Virus record (IMG/VR): IMGVR_UViG_3300043313_000942
Span: 1 to 36,304 of that record
Direction: 5' to 3' (one strand)
DNA length: 36,304 nt
DNA from: a virus
The stretch's first letter is position 1, and each line of letters begins with the position of its first letter. The translations under genes were made by a program, and so were the position numbers. Shown piece after piece: positions 1-4,834 of the stretch. Under the pieces are notes generated by a model, which saw only the letters and a list, made by a program, of their open reading frames with translations, had not been told where the DNA came from and did not search any database.

Positions 1-69
1 GATGCTGTGGGGAGGCCTTTTTAATATTCTCGGTGGGCGGTAATGGCGTTCCGTCAACCATGGGACGTC
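1..69. repeat. Left copy of the 69-bp terminal direct repeat (circular-assembly overlap or terminal redundancy)
   Basis: Exact identity to 36236-36304, read directly. The repeat runs through the coding sequence of two genes. Confidence 0.95.
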
Positions 70-231
70 GCGTGCCCTCGCTGCAAAGCGAAGAAGGGTA
101 ACGTGTGCCGCACGCCGTATTCGTGCAACTCGCTTGAAGGCAGGGCGCACAGCGACCGCTGGAGCCGCTCGCTGGGACTACGCAACCCCATCGCCCCGGG
201 CCACCCCTCTACTACGGGGAGGCGACCGTGA
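43..231 (+). CDS. Small Cys/His zinc-finger-like protein (62 aa), function unknown
   Basis: ATG at 43 overlaps the TAA of the preceding gene (TAATG). Motif ACPRCKAKKGNVC...C...AHSDRW. The stop overlaps the next start (GTGA). Confidence 0.6.
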   Translation: MAFRQPWDVACPRCKAKKGNVCRTPYSCNSLEGRAHSDRWSRSLGLRNPIAPGHPSTTGRRP

Positions 232-467
232 GCGCGCGCATGAAACCACGGTACGAGCCGAAGACGCTGGAGCAGAAGCTCGGCTACCTCGTCGAGGAAT
301 GCGGCGAAGTGCTGGCGGCGGTCGGCAAGACGCAGCGATGGGGCTTGCAGTCGGTCAACCCCGAACTGCCGCCCGAGGAGCAGGAGACGAATCAGGAGTG
401 GCTGCTGCGCGAACTGACCGACCTGACGCGAGCCGTTCGCATGATCCGAAAGGCGCTTACCCCATGA
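228..467 (+). CDS. MazG-like all-alpha nucleotide pyrophosphohydrolase (79 aa, short)
   Basis: LGYLVEECGEVLAAVGK resembles the EExxE metal-binding helix of the MazG/dimeric dUTPase superfamily. GTG start overlaps the upstream stop; ATGA overlap with the next gene. Confidence 0.5.
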   Translation: MSARMKPRYEPKTLEQKLGYLVEECGEVLAAVGKTQRWGLQSVNPELPPEEQETNQEWLLRELTDLTRAVRMIRKALTP

Positions 468-1132
468 GCCGCTCCCCTGCGCTGGACCCGGCGGCGCGAT
501 ACCGAGAGGCGCTTGAGGCCATTGCCGCCGGCTGCTCCGGCGTTCGTCGCTGTCACGCCGGCCTGCACGACATCGCTCGCCGCGCCCTTACTGGGACACC
601 GACACCCGCGGCACTCTGCCTGGAATTGTTAAACGCGGGGCGTTGCTGCAACCTGGAGTGCCACCATGACGGGGAGTGCGATTTCACCGCAGCCACCCCC
701 GAGCCTACTCCCATGGCGGTACCGCTAAGGCCAGCACGGGAGGTGGCGCACGAAGCCGCGAGTCGCTTCTGTGCGCTCGATTCCGGCCGTCACACGAACA
801 CATGCAACATCGCCAGTGCCGCCATCGAACGCGACCGTGCTAGCCGTCCACCTGGGGCCCCAGCCCTACGTAGACGCATGCCGCGCAAACATGGCTCGCA
901 GTTGGTCGATGAGGAGAACTGGAACAACGAGGAGATGATGGAGTCGGCGCGCGCGGCAATGGACACGCCGCTTGTGCGCGGCTGCTACAAAGCGCTCGAG
1001 GTCGTAGCCGAGAAGCACGGACTCGTCGCATGCGACCCGGATGGCGGGGAGTGCCAGTTCCCCAGATGTCTCGTGGCCGGCTGCGAGGCTGAGCCCGGCG
1101 GCACTCCCACCCCGCCTGGAGGGGCGAAGTGA
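464..1132 (+). CDS. Cysteine-rich hypothetical protein (222 aa, 14 Cys)
   Basis: In-frame ATG at 464 (ATGA overlap) within ORF 134..1132. The upstream 110 codons overlap two better genes and look like wrong-frame sequence. Motifs HHDGECDF and DPDGGECQFPRC. Confidence 0.65.
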   Translation: MSRSPALDPAARYREALEAIAAGCSGVRRCHAGLHDIARRALTGTPTPAALCLELLNAGRCCNLECHHDGECDFTAATPEPTPMAVPLRPAREVAHEAASRFCALDSGRHTNTCNIASAAIERDRASRPPGAPALRRRMPRKHGSQLVDEENWNNEEMMESARAAMDTPLVRGCYKALEVVAEKHGLVACDPDGGECQFPRCLVAGCEAEPGGTPTPPGGAK

Positions 1133-1359
1133 GCTACGACGGCAGAATACCGGCCCCGGTGCTTGCGGCGTGGGCGCGAACGTGTCGCGACGGCTGCGGC
1201 GTCAACTGCGGCAATCGTCCGTGCGACGCCTGCTGCGCGGGCGGAATCTGCGACGCCTCGCCCTGCATCTGCGACAACGAGGTGGAGGACTATTACGACG
1301 ATGACGACGACGCCACCCCGCCTGGAGGTGGCCGGGCTACAAAGGACGGTGCCCCGTGA
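1129..1359 (+). CDS. Cysteine-knot-like miniprotein with a poly-Asp tail (76 aa, 9 Cys in 32 residues)
   Basis: GTG start 6 nt after GGAGG. CRDGCGVNCGNRPCDACCAGGICDASPCIC followed by EVEDYYDDDDD. 4-nt overlaps on both sides. Confidence 0.6.
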   Translation: MSYDGRIPAPVLAAWARTCRDGCGVNCGNRPCDACCAGGICDASPCICDNEVEDYYDDDDDATPPGGGRATKDGAP

Positions 1360-1646
1360 CGGCTAGGGATGCGCTGAGGGCTGCGGCACGGGAAATCGAC
1401 TGTCCTGTCAGTGACCTGTGTACAGCCGAGGACAATTGCACCCGCAGACCGCTAGCCGCAGCCCTCAGAGCGCTGGCTGCCAGGCTGGATGCTGAGGTGG
1501 AACTGACCCTGTCGCTTGACGACCTCGGCTGCTGCGACGAAGCCGACAAGGAAGGGCGGCAGATGTTACTCGCCCGTCTCGACGCAGACCTTCCGGTGAA
1601 GCCCGACCCCCAACAGAAGGACCACCAAGGAGGGATGAGCAAATGA
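1356..1646 (+). CDS. Hypothetical protein (96 aa, 5 Cys)
   Basis: GTGA and ATGA overlaps with neighbours; plausible amino-acid composition. Confidence 0.6.
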   Translation: MTARDALRAAAREIDCPVSDLCTAEDNCTRRPLAAALRALAARLDAEVELTLSLDDLGCCDEADKEGRQMLLARLDADLPVKPDPQQKDHQGGMSK

Positions 1647-1867
1647 GCACCCGGCGATTCAGCGGTCCCAGGCTCAAGGAAGCGCGCATTCAGCGAGGTC
1701 TGAACCAGCGAACCCTTGGCAAGCTGGCCGGCGTGTCATGTCCGTTCATCTCGCAGCTCGAAACCGGCCGAAGCACTCCGACGCTCGACCGCGCGTTCCG
1801 TCTTGCCGACGCGCTGAACGTTTCCATCTACGCCCTAACGACCGTTCGCGGAGGGAGCCGCCCATGA
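1643..1867 (+). CDS. XRE/Cro-CI family helix-turn-helix transcriptional regulator (74 aa)
   Basis: LKEARIQRGLNQRTLGKLAGVSCPFISQLETGRSTPTLDRAFRLADALNV is a textbook HTH_XRE pattern. Confidence 0.9.
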   Translation: MSTRRFSGPRLKEARIQRGLNQRTLGKLAGVSCPFISQLETGRSTPTLDRAFRLADALNVSIYALTTVRGGSRP

Positions 1868-2343
1868 CCACCGATCCAAGCCACCCCACAGGAGAGAGGG
1901 CGCTACTGGAAGCGCTGGAGCGAATCATCACGTCGGCGTTTCATCAAACCGGAGACGACACGTTAAAGCGATGTCTCTGGTGTTGGCTGCTGGCGTCGGT
2001 CGAAAAACTGCGACCACAGGGCCCGCACTACGACGGATGTCCCGTTGGCATTGCCGGCGCTGCCATCGAGGCCCACCGGAGCCGTCCTACAGCGGATGAC
2101 GCGAGGGCCGTTGCGCACGCCGCCTGCCCGACGTGCCCGGTAACAGACCGCAACGAGCAGGACATACCGCACTCGCCGCATTGCGACGACGTCGCCGACG
2201 CCATCCTCAGCGACCGAGCATCCCGGGAGGCTAAGGCGAGGGAGCTGCTCGAATGGTGGATTGACCACGCGCGGGACGCGTTCCCGCTCAAGGCCAAGGA
2301 GACCCGCGCCTTTCTCGGCCGCTCCCGAAAGGAACGAACATGA
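1864..2343 (+). CDS. Hypothetical Cys-containing protein (159 aa)
   Basis: ATG at 1864 (ATGA overlap with the XRE gene) inside ORF 1738..2343. Motifs CLWCW, YDGCPVG, CPTCP. Confidence 0.65.
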   Translation: MTTDPSHPTGERALLEALERIITSAFHQTGDDTLKRCLWCWLLASVEKLRPQGPHYDGCPVGIAGAAIEAHRSRPTADDARAVAHAACPTCPVTDRNEQDIPHSPHCDDVADAILSDRASREAKARELLEWWIDHARDAFPLKAKETRAFLGRSRKERT

Positions 2344-3512
2344 CCGACGATGACGCGAACGAAGTGCTACCAGGCTACGCCGAGATGACCGCCCTCCGCG
2401 CCAAGCTCGCGGCGACCGAGCAGGAGCTTGGCTGGTACCAACGGGCCGGTCACAAGGCAGCCGCCGACCTGGACGAAGCCAGGCGGCGGCTCGCAGCGAC
2501 CGAGGCGAAGCTGGCTGACATACAGGAACGGCTAGACTGCGACCAGGCGATCCTAAAAGGGCGAACCGAGAAAATGAACAAGGCGCACGCGCAGCTCGCA
2601 GCGACCGAGCGGGCGCTAGAAAATGAGCGCGGCTGGACAAGGGCCTTCAAAGAGGACGCGGCTAAGGAAATCGCCAAGGCTGATGCCCTTCGCTCGCAGC
2701 TCGCAGCGACCGAGGAGCAACTACGACGGGCTAGGGAGGCGGCCGAGGCAGCACTCGCGGGCGGCCCATGTGACTGCTACGAATGCCGTGATACGGTGCG
2801 CAAGGTCATCGCCGCCCTCGCCGCTCCCGCTACACCCGCCCCTGCTGGGATGCATGCATTTGGCAGTTGCGTCGAGGACTTCGGCGACAGGCCGTGTCGT
2901 GACTGCGCGGAGTATGCGCTTGAGGCCGTTGGCGCCCCGGCGGTAACCACTGCTGCGCGGCAGCGGATAGTCGGCTCCCGGCCGGCCGACGGACTGCGAC
3001 ACGACATGGCCTGCCCAGCGTACGATGGCGGCATTTGCGACTGTCGCCCTCCAGTCCCCGGGACACCGCCCGACGAGCGGTGTTCAACTTGCGGGCATCC
3101 GCAGTGTACGTTTGGGTCGGCCGGCCACCCGCCTGGGTTCGACGAAGCGATTCGGGCGGGCGAGCGCGAACTTGCCGAGCAGTTAAAAGGCCCAGCCGTC
3201 GCAGCCCAGAGGACGGAGCCCGCCCCGCCGCCCACGTGCGCTGCCGAGTGCGGGAACACCATCGACAGGTGGACGACGATGGCCGATGGATTCGCGACGT
3301 ACGGGGGCGGGGCCGTTCTTCGCGTCTACTGCACCCCCGCCTGCCGTGACGCCGGCAAGCCCCTCCACCCAGCGAAGCCGCCGCCGCCCGAGGCTGAGCC
3401 GTTTCCAGACTGCCGAACGTGCGGGGGCACGGAACGCTACTACGGCGCCGACAATGAACTCGTTGGCCCATGTCCCGACTGCCGCCCTACTCCTGGTGCG
3501 CCGAAGCCGTGA
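2340..3512 (+). CDS. Coiled-coil (LAATE repeats) plus Cys-rich C-terminal domain protein (390 aa, 20 Cys)
   Basis: ATGA overlap with the upstream gene. The N-terminal half is heptad-like with four LAATE motifs. The C-terminal half carries CxC/CxxC pairs. Confidence 0.75.
   Translation: MTDDDANEVLPGYAEMTALRAKLAATEQELGWYQRAGHKAAADLDEARRRLAATEAKLADIQERLDCDQAILKGRTEKMNKAHAQLAATERALENERGWTRAFKEDAAKEIAKADALRSQLAATEEQLRRAREAAEAALAGGPCDCYECRDTVRKVIAALAAPATPAPAGMHAFGSCVEDFGDRPCRDCAEYALEAVGAPAVTTAARQRIVGSRPADGLRHDMACPAYDGGICDCRPPVPGTPPDERCSTCGHPQCTFGSAGHPPGFDEAIRAGERELAEQLKGPAVAAQRTEPAPPPTCAAECGNTIDRWTTMADGFATYGGGAVLRVYCTPACRDAGKPLHPAKPPPPEAEPFPDCRTCGGTERYYGADNELVGPCPDCRPTPGAPKP
2405..2714 (+). repeat. 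Four copies of a 16-nt core GCTCGC(A/G)GCGACCGAG at 2405, 2489, 2594 and 2699 (spacing 84/105/105)
   Basis: Read directly; encodes (K/R/Q)LAATE at 28/35/35-residue intervals. Confidence 0.85.
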
Positions 3513-3514
3513 GT

Positions 3515-4444
3515 TTAGGTTGCGCCTGGCTTTCTCGAAACGAGCGGGACGCGGGAGAAATCCAGATAGCCCACCAGGCGCCCCCTGGCGCCGTCCTCCG
3601 GTCTCCAGATGTGTCTCCATACGGCGTCACCATTGCGTGACCCACCACGCGAGGTGTTCCCCTCGACACTCTCCAGCAGCCCGCCGCCGTTGACGCTCTC
3701 CACGATGCCCGTGTGCCCGTGTCCGCCGCCGTGGTCCATGATCACGATCGCACCCTTCGTCGGCTCGGTCGTTCGGGCGTTGTCGGCGGCGAGCTCCCAC
3801 AGGTGCAGGACGCCGCCGGTCTTCGGGCACGGGTTCAGCACGTCAAGGGCGAGGGACGCCTCTTGGAACACCCAGTGGACGAACGCCGCGCACCATGACT
3901 GGCCGGGGTGCAGGCCGACGCTCGCCAGGTAACGGTCAACCTCGGGTCCGGTGTTCGGGCCCGTCTCCCGCACGCCAATCTGCGTGAGGGCGATTGCAAT
4001 CGCCCCCTCCACGAGGTCAGCGGGCACGAAAAGCGGATCAGTCACGACCCGGGGGGTGGGGCCGTCGTCGTACCCGGAGCCTCGTGGAAGAAGGCCGCTG
4101 CGCCTCCGACCGCTGTCGCCACCGCCGCGAACGCCACCGGCAGAATCCCCGCCGTCACCAGCGAAGCCCCCACCATACTCGCTGCCATCAATCCTCTGTA
4201 GAGCCACTTCATGTTCGGTCCTTTCGGTTAGGCCGCCACTGAATCCGACGGCGTCGATGAGTCGCATGGTTCTTCGTGCGAGGCCGCATAGCTGCCGCTC
4301 GACAAGCGTTGCAGCGTCTCGTGAAAGGAGCGGAAATGCGTCGTTAGCCCCGGCGAATGCTCGAGCCAGAGCTTCAGCCGCTCCTTGGCATTCCCTGAAG
4401 AGCTGTCGCCTGACGTCGAGCTCGCTGGGCCTGTCATTTGCCAT
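3515..4444 (-). CDS. Endolysin: C-terminal CHAP/NlpC-P60-type peptidoglycan hydrolase with an unknown N-terminal domain of about 170 aa and a Gly-rich linker
   Basis: GPNTGPEVDRYL...SWCAAFVHWV...HGHTGIVESV...VEGNTS matches the CHAP catalytic Cys/His layout. The ATG at 4444 overlaps the holin-like stop. Longest ORF is 3515..4540. Confidence 0.8.
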   Translation of the reverse strand: MANDRPSELDVRRQLFRECQGAAEALARAFAGANDAFPLLSRDAATLVERQLCGLARRTMRLIDAVGFSGGLTERTEHEVALQRIDGSEYGGGFAGDGGDSAGGVRGGGDSGRRRSGLLPRGSGYDDGPTPRVVTDPLFVPADLVEGAIAIALTQIGVRETGPNTGPEVDRYLASVGLHPGQSWCAAFVHWVFQEASLALDVLNPCPKTGGVLHLWELAADNARTTEPTKGAIVIMDHGGGHGHTGIVESVNGGGLLESVEGNTSRGGSRNGDAVWRHIWRPEDGARGRLVGYLDFSRVPLVSRKPGAT

Positions 4445-4634
4445 CGCTCGCTTCGTGGTGGTCTGGTTTCTTCGTACTCCGCATCTGGGCCCCGGCGTGT
4501 CCGAAGGTCCCGGCGACGATGACGGTCGCAAGCTGGACAACGGCTGGGAATGACACCGCGCAGGTTGTCGACGTACCGCATGCGATGACCATGGCGGTAG
4601 CGATGAGGAGAGCGGCTACGTGGTGCCAGGTCAC
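4434..4634 (-). CDS. Holin-like small membrane protein (66 aa, two hydrophobic helices, charged C-terminus)
   Basis: VAALLIATAMVIACG and VSFPAVVQLATVIVAGTFG, then KKPDHHEASDGK. Sits immediately upstream of the endolysin. GTGA overlap with the lipoprotein gene. Confidence 0.6.
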   Translation of the reverse strand: MTWHHVAALLIATAMVIACGTSTTCAVSFPAVVQLATVIVAGTFGHAGAQMRSTKKPDHHEASDGK

Positions 4635-4834
4635 TTGGTCAGCTTTTGCAGCTTTGGTTGTTCCTTCGGCTCTTCGATCAACACCGGGAATGGCCAGGGA
4701 GGCAGGATCGCAATGAGCGGGGGTAAGTCAGCGGGAGAGCAGCCGTCAATCACCCTTCCCGTGTTGCAGCGGTCGAGGGCGGTTGGATTGCCCGTGGTAG
4801 CGCAGCCGGCGAACAGGAGAGCGAGGTACTTCAT
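4631..4834 (-). CDS. Proline-rich lipoprotein, o-spanin (Rz1)-like (67 aa)
   Basis: Signal peptide plus lipobox MKYLALLFAG|C. The mature 56 aa contain 10 Pro and 2 further Cys. ATGA overlap with the upstream gene; located in the lysis cassette. Confidence 0.6.
   Translation of the reverse strand: MKYLALLFAGCATTGNPTALDRCNTGRVIDGCSPADLPPLIAILPPWPFPVLIEEPKEQPKLQKLTK

Noticed and set aside
134-463. N-terminal 110 codons of the 332-aa ORF 134..1132
   Set aside because: Overlaps two better-supported genes (43..231 and 228..467) in another frame. Arg/Ala/Gly-rich wrong-frame composition typical of high-GC DNA. An internal ATG at 464 gives a clean ATGA coupling.
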